NCBI RefSeq assembly: GCF_963921235.1
Contig: NC_086108.1
Span: 108,502,001-108,566,000, forward strand
Reading direction: 5' to 3'
Source of the DNA: Mobula hypostoma
Taxonomy: Eukaryota
DNA length: 64,000 nucleotides
Shown: in pieces, positions 48,376-62,131 of the stretch
How positions within the stretch are numbered: the first letter of the stretch is position 1
How the letters are laid out: each line of letters opens with the position of its first letter
Position numbers and translations under genes: made by a program
Notes under the pieces: model-generated
Databases searched by the model: none
The model's input: the letters and a program-made list of their open reading frames with translations, nothing else
What the model was told of the DNA's origin: nothing

Positions 48376-49800
48376 CTGGAATGTGCTGTTAGATGTGGTA
48401 GTGGACATACATTTGATAGTGATGTTCAGAAGCATTAAAACCACTTTCTAACCACTCTCAAGATAAAGACATTTCTTGAAATTCCCACTTGGTTTTGTGG
48501 ATGAATATTTATTGCATTGGCTTCAATCCCACATTAGTAAGAGGAAATATTATGTTAACATTAGCAGGCTCATTCCTAATCGGGCTCAGGAACACAGTCT
48601 TCTCTTTACAGGGAAACAGACCCCCTTAAATTCATCCTCTCAGTCCTGGTATTTATTTATTTAGAGATACAGTGCTGAACAGCCACTTCTGGCCCAATGA
48701 GCCGCTCCACCCAGCAATCCCCCCCCATTTAAACTAGCTTAATCAGAGGACGATTTACAATCACCAATTATCGTAGTAACCAGTACGAATTTGTCTGTGG
48801 GAGAGAAGTAAATCCATCTTTTTGCATTTTCTCACTGTGCATCTGTTCAAAGTTCAAAGTAAATTTATTATCAAAGTACATATATGTCACCATATACTAC
48901 CCTGAGATTCATTTTCTTGTGGGCAATCACTCTAAGTACAAGAAACACAATAGAGTCATTGAAAGACCACACCCAACAAGACTGGCAAACAACTGAAGTG
49001 CAAAAATAAAATGACAAGCTGCAAATTCAAAAAGAAAGAGGAAAAAAGAAAATAATAGTAATAAGTATGATAATGAAAAACTGCAAAACAGAGCTCAGCA
49101 GTAAAAATATAACAAAGGCAATAAACACTTTCGCTCTGCCTATATTAACATAATCTTTTGGCATAATGACTTGGTTTGAAATTGATCTGGAAAATTTACA
49201 AACAAAAATAAGAAATGAAATGACAAAGTTCAGAAAATATAATGCTCAAATGCTCTTAGGTTAACACTACCTAGGACGGAAGGGGCAAGAGGAATAACAG
49301 ACATTAAAAATCTACACAACAGTCAGATAAAACTTCTGAGGATATATTTTCATAATGAAAACAGGATTCAGCACTCCATGCGAGCATCTGTAATTATATA
49401 AGAATTATATACCACTAACCTTAAATGAGAGCACAGCCCAGCAAAATGAAGACATTATCATTATTGAAGAAAAAGTTAACCAATGGAAAAGCAGGACCAT
49501 CCATGGAAGGCATCCCCATGATCTAAACAGATAAAATGTTGACAAGGAAATGTCAAATGCCTGGCTCAGAGTTGGAGACCTCTTCCCCGAAATAGAAGAG
49601 TTCCTGGTGGCGCTGTAGGACCAGGTAAATAACACCAAATAATCAAAAAAATTTAATAAAAGACCAAAAAAAAATCCAGATAATGAATGCAGAAAATGCC
49701 AAGAGAAGCCCGAAACAATCGAACAAGTTACAGAATCCTGTAACAGTTTAACTCAATCTGATTAATTACACAGGCACAATCAAAGGGCCAACCATCATCC

Positions 49801-51310
49801 CTTGAAATTCAGTGACATCACTATCATGAAATCCCCTATATTTAACATCCTGCGGGTTACCATTGACAGGAAACTGAACTGGTCTAGCCATATAGACACC
49901 TTGGCTACCAGAGCAGGTCAAAGGCTAGTACTCCTGCAGTGTGTAACTTACCTCCTGACTCCCCAAATCCTGTCCACCACCTACAAGACTCAGGTCAGGA
50001 ATGTAATGGAAAACTTGCATTTACCTGGATGAGCTTGACACCACTTGATTGGTACAAGGCAGCCCACTTGATTGGTACCCCTTCCACAAGCATCCAATCT
50101 CTCCACCATCGACGAACTACCTACAACTACCTACAAGATGCACTGCAACAACACAACATAGTTCCTAAGGCAGCACCTTCCAGACCTATGACCACCACCA
50201 TCTAGAAGGACGAGAACAGCAGATACCTGGGAACACCACCACTTGGAGATCCCCCTCCAAGTCACTCACCATCCTGACCTGGAAACATATTGCCGTTCTT
50301 TCATTGTCGTTGGGTCAAAATCATGTAATTCCCTCCCTAACAGCACTGTGGGTGAACCTACTCCTCAGGGACTGCAGCGGTTCAAGAAGGCAGTTCATCA
50401 CCACCGTCTCAGGTGCAACTAGGGATGGTAATAAGTTAGATTAGATTAGATTCAACTTTATTGTCATTGTGCCGAGTACAGATACAAAGCCAATGAAATG
50501 CATTTAGCATCTGACCAGAAATGCGAAGAATAGTGTTATTTACAAAATAACTGTGAATAAAAATAATCCTACATCACACAAATATAAAAGTACTAAGACA
50601 GTACAGTATAGATGCAATACTGCTTAGCGCTGTGATGAGAGGTTCAGCAGTTTCACAGCCGAGGAAAAAGCTCTTCCTGTGCCTGCTGGTGCGAGAGTGG
50701 AGGCTCCTGTAGCACCTACCGGATGAGAGGAGAGTAAAAAGTCTATGGTTAGGGTGAGATGCATCCCTGATAATGCTTTTCACCCTGCCCAGGCAGCGTT
50801 TATGGTAGATGTTCTCAATGGTGGGCAATTGGGTGCCAATAATCCGCTGGGCAGTTTTCACCACACGCTGGAGTGCTTTGCGGTCCGATATGGGACAATT
50901 GCCATACCACACTGAGATGCAGTTGGTGAGTATGCTCTCAATGGTACAGCGATAAAAGTCCGTCAGTATCCTGGGACAGAGGTGAGCTTTCTTCATGCTC
51001 CGCAGGAAATGAAGGCGCTGTTGCGCTGGTCCACTACAGTTCCATTGATGTAGATGGGGACGTGAGAGTGACTCCTGGCATGCCTGAAGTCCACAATGAT
51101 CTCCTTGGTCTTCTGGGTGTTAAGGGCCAGATTGTTGTCGGCACACCACACAGCCAGGTGCTGGACCTCGTCCCTGTAGGCCGTCTCGTCATCTCCTCTG
51201 ATCAGACCAACCACCGTGGTGTCATCTGCGTACTTGATTATGGAGTTATGGATTATGGAATGCTGGCTTAGCTGGCAACACCCGCATCCCGTAAATGAAT
51301 AAATAAAAAA
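49801..51310 (+). mobile_element. CR1/L2-group LINE 3' fragment (49801-50434 plus tail 51258-51310)
   Basis: NILRVTIDRKLNWSSHI and TTYKTQVRNVME motifs. The 3'UTR is split by a Rex1 insertion and ends in an A-rich tail. Confidence 0.6.
50435..51257 (-). mobile_element. Rex1-type LINE fragment with internal deletion
   Basis: IIKYADDTTVVGLI and FYRCTIESILTNCISVWYG motifs. (TCTAA)n tail. Confidence 0.85.
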
Positions 51311-51877
51311 ATTTTGTTCCAACCGATCCATTATTACAGATAGGGTAATCCATGATAATTGGATGGATGTAATATTACAGGATAAACAAGGAATAACAAC
51401 TTATTTAATAGATATAGCCATTCCAAACACACACAATGTATAGAAATCAGTAAGTAAAAAACAATAGAAATATGCTGAATTACAAGAGAAATTTGAAAGA
51501 CTATGGAATATGAACAAAGTATACATTGTCCCAATAGTAATATCTACAACTGGTGCCATCCCAAATTCACTACACAATAGCATTGAACAATTAGAATTAC
51601 ATAGCACTATTTATCTAAATCTCCAGAAAGCCACAATGCTAAACATCACTAGAATAGTCCAAAAGTTCCTAGCAATTGAGAAATGAGTGTGCTTGCCTAA
51701 TTCTGTACCTCTGGTTCCACCAGATTGAGCTGAGAAAAATTAAAAGTAATAATAAATAAATAAACATCAATAAATATGGAGAACATGAGATGAAGAGTCT
51801 TTGAAAGTGAGTATGTAGGTTCTGGGAGCTTTTCATTGTTACGATTAGTGAAGTGGAGAGAATTTTTCCGATTGAGC

Positions 51878-52358
51878 ATTAGACCAGAAGTTCCTACAAA
51901 TGGCCAAGAGGATCATAGGTGTCTCCCTTTCATCCATCTAGGACATTTATCAGGAGCGCTGTGTATGCAGGGCCCTTAGTATTATCAAGGATCCTGGCCA
52001 TCCATCCAGCATCCTCTTTGACTTTCTACCATCAGGCAGGAGACTCCGATGCATAAAGACAAGAATGGTCAAGATAGGAAACAGTTTCTTCCCTCAGGCC
52101 ATAAGGTTTCTGAACTCTTTGCCACATCACATTCGAAGTGTCAGTGATTAATCTGTTCTGTACCCTACAATATTTAATTTATGCACTTTAGTTTGTTTAT
52201 TTACGTGTAATTCATCTGTAGATTTTATCCTTACTATCATAAGTGGTTGTGTGTTATGGGTACTAAGGTGCTTTACACCCTGGTTTGGAAAAGCAATGTC
52301 TCATTTGACTGTATACATATATATATAGTTAAATGACGAAAAACTTGACGTGAGTTGA
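51878..52358 (+). mobile_element. Old Rex1-type 3' fragment
   Basis: IIKDPGHPSSILFDFLPSGRR and NSFFPQAI motifs. Confidence 0.7.
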
Positions 52359-53049
52359 TCCGCGTCTTTTCTGTGACATGAAGTCCAGAACTAATCAGGG
52401 TGGTGACACGGGAGTATCAAGGATGCTTTGTAACTTCAAATATTTTATGTCTGTTGCATTAGCCTTGTCAAACCCCTTCTGTTACATCTTCAAAGAATTC
52501 AATAAGTCTGGTCAAGCATGACCTTCCCTTTTCAAATCTGTGGCAACTGGTCTTTATTATGTTTTCAATTTCTCAATGATTTTTGTATTAAATCTTTGAA
52601 GAAGCGTTCCAATATCTTTTCTGCCACCAGTGTTAAGCCAGGTTCCCTTTGGCTCTGTGCAGTTGTTCTATTTGGCTTCTTTATGGAGGATCCATATTAA
52701 CTATCTGTCAGTCCTCTTTCAGTATTTTTTTTTCAAATTAATTTTTAATTCAATTCAGAATTAGAATCGGGATCAGGTTTAATATCATTGGCAAATGTTG
52801 TGAAATTTGTTGTTATTCAGCAGTACAGTGCAAAACATTATATGAAAATCTGTAAATTATCATGAGAAATGCATATATATATATTTTTAAAATATTAAAT
52901 TAAATTCGTAGTGAAAAAAGAAAATATGTATTAAGGTTGTGTTCATGGGTTCAATGCACATTTGGAAATCGGATGGCAAAGGGAAGATGTTCCTGAAATG
53001 TTGCATGTGTATCTTCAGGCTCCCGTACCTGCTCCTTCCTGATGGTAGC

Positions 53050-53307
53050 AGAAACATAGAAACATAGAAAATAGGTACAAGAGTAGGCCATTCGGCCCTT
53101 CGAGCCTGCACCGCCATTCGGTTGATCATGGCTGATCATCCAACTCAGAACCCTGTACCTACCTTCCCTCCATACCCCCTGATCCCCGTAGCCACAAGGG
53201 CCATATCTAACTCCCTCTTAAATATAGCCAATGAACTGGCCTCAACTGTTTCCTGTGGCAGAGAATTCCACAGATTCACCACTCTCTGTGTGAAAAAGTT
53301 TTTCCTA
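53050..53307 (-). mobile_element. CR1 (family A) 3' end
   Basis: Matches 11925-12180. (catagaaa)n tail. Confidence 0.9.
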
Positions 53308-56300
53308 ATGAGAAGAGGGCATGTCCTGGGAGGTGGGAGTCCTTAATGACAGATATTCCCCTTTTGAGACGTTGCTGTCTCCGAGCTGTGATGGTAAATA
53401 CAAGTGGAGAACTCTGAAGATACTTGAGAAATCATGTAGTGTCTGTAGAGGGGAAACAGTGGAGGGGTGGTGAGGGGGAGGGGGAGGGCGGAGGTAAGAA
53501 AAAACCTTTGACCTGAGCTATTGATTCCAATTCTTTGCCCACGTGGCTGAATATTTTCCAGAATTTTCTACCCCTTAACTCCAGCTGCCCGGAATCCACT
53601 TTAGCAATAATTTTATAAGATGTGGAGGGGAATTTTTTTTTTGAAACCCAGTTGTAAATAAAAGGGACACTATAGAAAAAATAAGTAGTTCTGATTTATC
53701 AAGTTCCCTAGTAAAAAAAAACATTTCACCGGCAAATCGCTAAACCTAATGGAAGAAAAGATCTATCGCAATTGCATAAACTCAATCTAATTTGAAAATA
53801 CCATGGCGACATGAAATTAGGAATATACTACACAGTAAAGGGGAAGATATAATGTCATCTGTGCTGACAAACAACGCAGTCAGCTTGTATTCAAACGAAA
53901 TACATCAAGCTTTTCAATTCCGTTTGCACAGCTTTGCACAATTCCAAGTCTGTGCCAGATCTGCATCATGTTTTTTTCTTGTTGAGTTACATTACTACCG
54001 AATATTTACTTGCTCATTTACAGACACAGCGCAAAACAGTTCCTCTGGTCCACCGAGCCGCGCCACCCAGTGACCCACCTATTTAATCCTCATCTAATCA
54101 CAGGACAATTTACAATGACCAATTGACCTAGGTTGTTGGAATGAGGGAGGAAACCCATGCCATTCATAGGGAGGAAGTACAAACTCCGTCCAGACAGTGC
54201 CAGAATTGAACTCTGAGCTTGGGAACATCTGGAGCTGGAATAGAATCGCACTAACTGCTACACTACCGTGAAGCACACATCCCCCCGCCCGCCCATGATC
54301 AACAATCACCGTGTTTTCTCTTCTGATGTACGACAAGCTCTGGAGGATCTATCTAGTATTTGCATTGAATTCTTGTATAGGGTTTGATGTTGTTTGGGGG
54401 TGAAGAGGCTCCACGGCGTCTTTTCCCATCTCCTGGTGTTTACTGTTTCACTGCTAAGCTCCTTTAATATGGTTGTGTGATGCGCTTCGAATGTGTATGC
54501 AGTAACACTGAAGGGACAGCAGCGTAGCACTGCAGGTAGTGCCATTGCCTAGCAACGCCAAAGACCCAGGTTCAGAGTCTTCTCATTCTCTCTCGTTTGG
54601 ATATTCTCTCTTCAATTTCTAGCCTTCACCTGAGGCTCAGCTACTAAACCCGGCTGAACCATTTCTATTGACAGAGGTTACTGGCACCTCTAAAACTGTT
54701 GCTCCAGGCAGATGAGGTTTGTCAGCCATGTTTGGCAGCTCCTCTAGGAGAACGTCAAGCCTCCAGTGGCTTGTGGCTGAACCCACTCACGATGAAGGCT
54801 TCAGGAGTAATCCCTGAGGAAAAATCCGATGTAGGCTGTCCTATGTTGACCTCATCACTGGCAGGCAACTCCTGTGATGCCGCTGGTGCCAAACTGTATT
54901 GGTCTCTGCCCTTGCTTTGGATTCATCAGCTGCATGGAGAGGAGGAGCCTGCTGCATGCACAATAGCTGTACTACGTTGGTTTGCGTATTGACTCTCGGC
55001 CCTGCAGCAACAAAGTAGCCAGCTAGTATTCAACGTCCATGGTTGACCACGACCAGTGGAGCCTTCAGAACATTCTCTCTTCTCCCATCTTCAATCAGGC
55101 AGAAGATACAAAAGCCTGAAATCATTTACTATCAGGCTCAAGGGCAGCTTCTACCCTGTTGTAAGAGGACTATTAAATAGTTTCTAATATGATATGTTTA
55201 CCTACACTGTACTTTATTCTGTCAGAGGAGGTAGCTGATGCAGGTACAATCATAGTTCCCAAGTGCAATAAAATGAACTCTTGAGCTCATAATCTTCCTT
55301 GTTATGATCTTGCACCTGCACTGCGCTCTCTCTGTATCTGTTACACTTTATCTTGCATTGTTATTGTTTTACCTTGTCCTATCTCAATGCATTGTGTAAT
55401 GGTCTGATCTGTATGAACAGTGTGCAGGACAAGCTTTTCACTGTATCTCAGTGCATGTGACAATAGTAAACCAATTCCAAGTCCTCCAGGTGCTGTGTAG
55501 GTTGAGTGGTGGGGTGGAGTTACGTCTCCACCAATGGTGATGTAAGGCACTCCTTCCCTCTGCTCTTCCACAGGTCACCCTTGGGCAAGGTGTTGCACCT
55601 CCTTTGCCCCCCCCCCTCCGATCAGGGAGCAGATGGTGGATGCTCGTATGAGCAGCTGATGCATATCACAAGTCCTGGTTGTGCGACCACTGATGCCAAG
55701 CAGACACCCAGAAGAAAGCAATGGGAAGCCACTTCTGTAGAAAAAATTGCCAAGAACAATCATGGCCATGAGACCATGATCTCCTACATCATATGACATG
55801 CACACGATGATGATGATGATAATGCTCTGTATCACCTGACTCAAAGACAGCTTTGATCCCAATATTGTAAAACTGTTGAATAGTTCTCTAGGCTGATAAG
55901 ATGGACTCTTGACCTCACAATCTACCTTGTTATGATGTTGCACCTTATTGTCTGTCTGTACTGCACTTTCTCTGTAACTGTAACACTTTATTCTGTTATT
56001 GTTTTCCCTTGGATTCCCTCAATGCACTGTTGTAATGGAATGATCTGTATGAACAGGATGCAAGACAAAATTTTCATGATGCCTTGATATATGTGACAAT
56101 CATAAATCAATTTATATGACTGGATGCCCAGTAGCAGAGTGGTTAGTGTAATGCTTTACAGTGCCTGTGACTGGGGTTCAATACTGTATGGAGTTTGTAC
56201 TTTCATCCTGTGACCCCATGGGTTTCCTCAGGGTGCTCCAGTTTTTGACTAACGTGGTACTCACATTCAGATAAGTACTAGTGGTTGCATTTTGGAAAGT

Positions 56301-56349
56301 TAAGTCTAGATAGGGCTTTAGTGAATGGCAGGGCCTTGAGGACTGTGTA

Positions 56350-56909
56350 TGTAATGCCCTGGGAAATGTTTCACTGCTAATGTAATGGTTTCTCTGTAGC
56401 ATCAATGTTTGGGTTATGACTAGAGATAACAGGGGCTTTGGAATGTGCGGCGTCCAATGATGGGAGGTTTTTCTTTCTTGTGTGCCCGAGTGCGAGGGAT
56501 TTGCAGGCACTTGTTCGGCAGAAGATGGAGAGAGAAGATGTCAGACCGGAGAGGTCATAGACTGCAGGACTGAGTGAACGTGGATTGGGGCCGAGAGTTG
56601 ATGACACCCGGGGGAAATCGATGGAGAACAAACGGATGGGAAAATCGTGAGCTCCAACGTGCGCATTAAACTGTTTTATTAAAATGGGCCCTTTTCTTTT
56701 TGTTTTCTTTACTAACCATCTAGTCAAATTAAGAATTATAAAGCTAAATCATTTAATTGCATATGGTACTGTTTGTTACTTCTTGGTACTGATTTGTAAC
56801 AGGGTAACACATCACACAACATCTGCTCAAATGAGAATTTCACCAGTTTGGCATGGACGACAACTGTCTTCCCACAGACTAACGTAGCCTGCAAACCTGG
56901 GGGGTTATA
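56350..56909 (+). repeat. 5' LTR
   Basis: Starts TGTAATGCCC and ends GGGTTATA (CA mutated to TA). Homologous to the sequence from 62688 and to the solo LTR at 36439-37034. Confidence 0.85.
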
Positions 56910-56913
56910 ATTG

Positions 56914-56931
56914 TGGGGGCTTGTCCGGGAT
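56914..56931 (+). promoter_or_regulatory. Primer-binding site, tRNA-Pro type
   Basis: tgggggcttgtccgggat is one mismatch from the canonical PBS-Pro TGGGGGCTCGTCCGGGAT and lies 4 nt after the LTR. Confidence 0.85.
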
Positions 56932-57004
56932 TGATCTGGTTGGATTATGTGTGATGCCTTGAGCATTGAACCAGTAGGTTGTGTGTATTAAGTCTGTGCT
57001 AGTA

Positions 57005-58238
57005 TGGATGCTGCCAGGGTGGAGTGGTGTTGCTCATCCATGTGGGTTACCGGTAACTTATGCGTGAGTGTTGAGTGGGATAGATATTCATACTCCGGAT
57101 GAATTGTTAATTTGCTTGTTAAGTACTGTTAAAGTTGTCACAAGTTATGATTGTGGGGTGGAGGTTTGATAAAATGGCAGGTACAGCCCTCGTTTTACTG
57201 CAGACTAGTGCTGACGTAACGGCAGCGGAGCGGGCCAAATCGCAAGTTGAGTTTCCCGTAGCTGGGGGCGGAGACTTCAAAAACAGGGTTCTATTGTTTC
57301 TGAGGAGCAAGGGGAAGGAGTGGTCAGATTTGGGATGTCTAATTAGTCCATGCCCCGCAGGGAAAAGTGAGAATTCTGAGTTAGCGTCCGCCCTTACCTC
57401 TCTGGTGAATAAATGGAAAAATGCCCAGGTCCAAAGTCGCAGCTAGGGCAGGATCTACCTATTCTATGTAATAAGGCTCACCCCTAAAGGGCAAGAGGAG
57501 TATGAGATTTGGGCGGAGCGTACCTCTCCGTTGTTAGATGAGTGGCAGTGCTCTGATGACATATAGCGACAAAGATTGGTTGAAAGTTTGAGTGGGCGGG
57601 CTTCTGACCTGGTGAGAGCTGTTTTAACACTATACCCCCTAGCTAATTCTGCCGATTATATGGGGGCATTGGAAAATGCATTTAGCATGGCAGGGAGCCC
57701 AATGGAGCTCATGGTGGGGTTTCAGAACATGCGTCAGGAGAAGGGGGAGAAGCTTCTGCCTACATCTTTCGGCTAGAGAGGCAGCTAAATGGCTTGCGGC
57801 ACAGAGGGGCCATTCGGGCGGCTGAGGTGGATTAGTTAAGAATGGACCAGATAGCTAAGGGTGCCCAGTCACAGGACCTAATTGCGTGGGGTCTTTGACT
57901 CTCTCATAAGATGCCACCCCTCCCTCGTTTGTAGAGCTGATCAGAGAAGTACGAGAGGAGAAGATTGTGGCAGAGTTGAGAACTGAGATGTCCCTGATTG
58001 TTATCAGCGGGTGTGACCCTCCCCATATGATGGAGCTGATAGGGAGGCAGATCCTCTAAAGGGACAGGCTACGTGGAGGGCTGCTAGCAGTCATTGTCAC
58101 GCGAGAAGGGGAGCGGCCGGTATTGTCTGTTATAACCGTGGTGAAGAGGGACACTTCAGGTGGCAGTGTGAATGATGGGAAACCCTTCGGAGAGTGAGTC
58201 CTCAGGTACCTAAGCAGAGAGAGTCATTGGGAAAATGA
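57005..58238 (+). pseudogene. Gypsy gag remnant, PNMA/Ma-like capsid with zinc knuckle
   Basis: EEYEIWAE..LLDEWQCSD..RQRLVESLSGRASDLVR, QEKGEKL and the knuckle CYN(R)GEEGHFRWQC. Ends ttg gga aaa tga. Confidence 0.75.
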
Positions 58239-58340
58239 GGGGACGGCCTGGCATATCGTGGGGGGGGGGGGGGCCCAACACATTTCCAGCCATATATCAG
58301 GGAACATTCTAAAGTAAAGAACCCCATTCTTGAAAGCTCA

Positions 58341-61300
58341 GTGGGGCCAAGCTGCAGTGTATCGCTACAGATAGAGGGTAGTTATGCTAGAGCCATAATT
58401 GACACAGGGTCGCAGGTCGCTTTGCTGTACCATTCATTTTACAACCAGTATTTGACATATTTATCATTGACGCCATTCAGTGCACAAGAGATTTGGTGTC
58501 TTAGAGCGGGTGATTATCCGTATGATGGTTATTTATCAGTGAAGCTGGAGTTTTTGGAGGCCGGTGTGGGAGTGGCTGAGGTCCTTGATACATTAGCACG
58601 AGTTTGTCCAGACCGTGGTGAGAAGGGCGGCGTTTCTATTCTTGTGGGGGCCAACACTACTGCTGTGAGAAGGCTCATGGGAGGCTGTGAGGAGAAAGCT
58701 GAAGAGAGCTTCCTGAGAGCATGGTCTGTTCACCTAGAGTTTCGAGGAAGTGCGTGGCTGCATTGGGCTGGATAACGAGTTTAGACGAGGGACTGTGTGG
58801 TTCAACCAGTCCAAGCCAATTGTGTTACAGCCCGAGGAAGTAGCAAGAGTAATAGGAAACCCCAAATTTCCTGGAATGCCCAAGGGTGAGGCCCTCTTAG
58901 TGGACACTCCGGAAGACCACGAGGAGGAATCGGGATTACCTGCTGGTGTTCTGGTGAGGCCTAAACTGCAAAAAGCCCTCGGTTGTACAGGCGAACAGGG
59001 TGGCAGTGGTTGTCAGGAACACTACAAAGAGGGAGGTCACCGTCAAGCAGAGGATGCCCCTGGCACATCTTTTCCCAGTGACAGTAATGTCTAGTGTCCC
59101 TGCGAGACAAGCTGGGGAGAAACTATCAGAAAAAGGGGGAAAGTTGACCGCTGAGTCATTCAACTTCAGGGACTCCCCGGTACCTATGGGTTAGAAGAGA
59201 AGGGTAGTAGAGAAGATGTTGAAGCTGGAAGGTGTCTTTTCCACTGATGAGTTTGATGTGGGTTGTTCCAAGACCACGTGTCACACTATCCGGGTGATCG
59301 CGGACACCCCGTTCAGACTGGCCCCTGCAGAGGTGGAGGATATTCGGCAGCATTTGTGTAAGTTGAAGGAAGCTGGGATCATCACCAAGTCCTGAAGCCA
59401 CTATGCGTCCCCAGTTGTAGTGGCCAGGAAGAAGAATGGGAAGGTACAGATGTGTGTGTGTGGACTATAGGGCTCTGAACAGGCGTACTCCCCCGACCAG
59501 TATACAGTCCCAAGGATTGAAGACACGCTGGCCTGTCTGAGTGGTGTGAAGTGGTTCAGTGTTCTGGGCTTGAGTGGATATCACCAGATCCCCATGAGTG
59601 AGGCTGACAAAGAGAAGGCGGCATTTATATGTCCACTGGGATTCTTCCAGTTTGAAAGGATGCCCCAGGGCGTATCAGGAACCCCTGCAAATTTTCAGCA
59701 TGTCATGAAGAAAAAGGTGGGGGATATAAACTTGCTTGAGGTATTGGTGTAGCTGAATGACCTCAGTGTTTGGGTCCACCTTGGAGGGGCATGAAGAGAG
59801 GCTACTGAAGGTAGTGGGCCACCTGAAAGCTGAAGGGTTAAAAGTTTCCCTGGACAAGTGCCAGTTCTGCAAGATGTCTGTCAGTTATGCTGGGCACATA
59901 GTCTCACGGATGGAGTAGCTACAGATCCAGCTAAGGTAGAGGCAATGACCACCTGACCAAGGCCCCAGACTGTGAGCACTTTACACTCGTTCCTTGGGTT
60001 CTGTGGTTACTATTGGCGGTTCATGAAGGGCTATGCGAAAGTGAGTCTCCCTTTAAATCAGCTTCTGTGCAGTTACCCACCCTTGGGAAAGGAAGGGAGG
60101 AGGACAAAAGGAAAAGTGGGTTTTAGCCCTTCGGAGCCTTTTGGACCGAGGTGGGATGTAAAATGTGAAGAGGCCTTTCAGTCGCTGAAGGTGATGCTGA
60201 CCTAGGTGCCTGTGCTGGCTTTTGTAGACCCCCAATTGTCATATGTACTGCATATAGATGCCAGCAGAGAGGGCTTAGGGGGTGTCCTGTATCAGGAGCA
60301 GGGCACCAGTTTGAGACCTGTTGCGTTTGTCAGCCGGAATCTGTCACCCGCTGAGAAAAATATCTCACGCACAAGTTGGCGTTTCTGGCATTGAGATAGG
60401 CTGTGGCGGATAAGTTGAGTGACTGCCTCTATAGTGTCAAGTTTGAGGTGAGGACGGACAACAATCCCTTAACTTACATCCTGACCTCGGTGAAACTGGA
60501 TGTCACAGGCCATTGGTGGTTGGTGACATTGTCTGCCTGTGATGTCAGCCTGAAGTACCGGCCGGGAAGCTGGAACATTGATACTGATGTGCACACGAGG
60601 GCTGGACGTGGATGACGAGTGGGAGAGTGTTCCTGCCTCGGGGGTGAAACCACGTGCCAGTTTGCCATCACGGAGAAGACAGATGGAAAACAAGGGCAGG
60701 ATTGAGCGGTAGATCAATTGGGAGCTTCTGATGACGCCATTCCACAAGCTTACTGTAACCTGACTGCTCTGAAGACAAACCAGTTACCAAAATTGAGATC
60801 TGGGGAAGTGGCAGCTGCTCAGCAAGATGACACTGACATCGGTACCATTTAGTCAGTAGTCAAAAAGGGAGACATGGCTCAGGCAGAGAAGACAAAACAC
60901 GCTGTGGTGCCTCCATTACTGAGAGAATGGCCCAGGCTGGAGTTGAGGAACCAGATCCTATACCGGGTCACGTCACCTCTGGGCTGACCTTGGCGTTCCC
61001 AGCTGGTTCTGCCTGAGAAGTATCGGAGGATGGTATTGAAGTCACTTCATGATATTTCTGGACATTTGGGAGTTGAAAAGACCTATGGATTGGTCAGAGA
61101 TCGGTTTTACTGGCCCCAAATGAAGCGGGAGGTCGAAGAATACAGCAGACGTGCATTCAATGCATACAGCGGAAGACGATGCCTACGCGGGCTGCTCCCT
61201 TGTCTCAGTTGCTGAGTGCAGGCCCCCCCAGACCTGGTGAGTATGGATTTCCTGTCAATAGAGCCAGAAGCCAGCAACATGGCAAATGTTTTAGTCATCA

Positions 61301-62131
61301 CGGATCACTACACCAGATATGCGTAGGCTTCCCTACCAAGGACCAGAGGGCATCCACGGTGGCCAAAGTGTTATGGGAGAAGTATTTCATTTATTATGGC
61401 CTCCCAATGTGAGTACACAGTGATCAGGGATGGGATTTCGAGAGTAGGCTCATACAGGAGTTACCGAGCGTGCTCGGAGTCGAGAAGTTGAGGACTCTCC
61501 TTTTCACCTGCAGGATGATCCCCAGCCCAAGAGGTTTAATTGGACCTTGCTAGACATGCTCAGAACCTTGGGGATCCACAAGAAGAGCAGGTGGAGTCAA
61601 CATATTGGGCATCCGGTCCACTGTTACAACTGTTCCTGAAATGAATCTACTGGGTAGTCGTCATATTATCTGATGTTTGGGCATGAGGCGTGGTTGCCCA
61701 TTGACCTTTGTTTTGGGATGGATGAGGACGACCTATCACTGAAGACTCATCTGAAGTATGTGTCAGATATGAGAAGGGAGCTGCAAAAGGCTTATGAATT
61801 AGCTGAGGTTGCAGATGCCAAGCAGAATCAAGGAAATAAGAGGAGGTATGATCAAAAGGTTAGCTTCTCCTAACTCATGCTGGGGGACCAGGTCCTCATA
61901 AGGAATCTAGGGCTACCTGGGAAGCATAAATTGGCCAACCACTGGGTGACTACGCCCTATGTGGTGGAGAGTCAGATGCCAAATGTGCCAGTTTTCCGCG
62001 TGAAACCAAAGGATGGGAATGGGCCTGTCAAGATTCTCTATCAGAACCACCTTCTGCCTCTGGGACAAGGGATGCAGGCTGACCCCCAGCCCGACCTGGA
62101 GCCTACGCCTAGTAAGAGGACTCTGCAGTGA
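58341..62131 (+). pseudogene. Gypsy pol remnant (PR, RT, RNase H, IN)
   Basis: Domain motifs appear in Gypsy order across fragmented ORFs. Confidence 0.88.

Larger units (their letters stand above)
49066..51745 (+). mobile_element. R4/Dong-clade (RLE) non-LTR retrotransposon remnant in two pieces (about 49066-49800 and 51311-51745)
   Basis: KAINTFALPILT-SFGI, WKSRTIHGRHP, AWLRVGDLFPE, CCHC remnant CRKCQEKPETIEQVTESC and HRHNQ. Second piece has TYLIDIAIP, KYAEL and VPIVISTTG (restriction-like endonuclease). Confidence 0.8.

Noticed and set aside
48045..48438. Arg/Glu-rich and Ser/Leu-rich ORFs
   Set aside because: Translation of a GA low-complexity tract.
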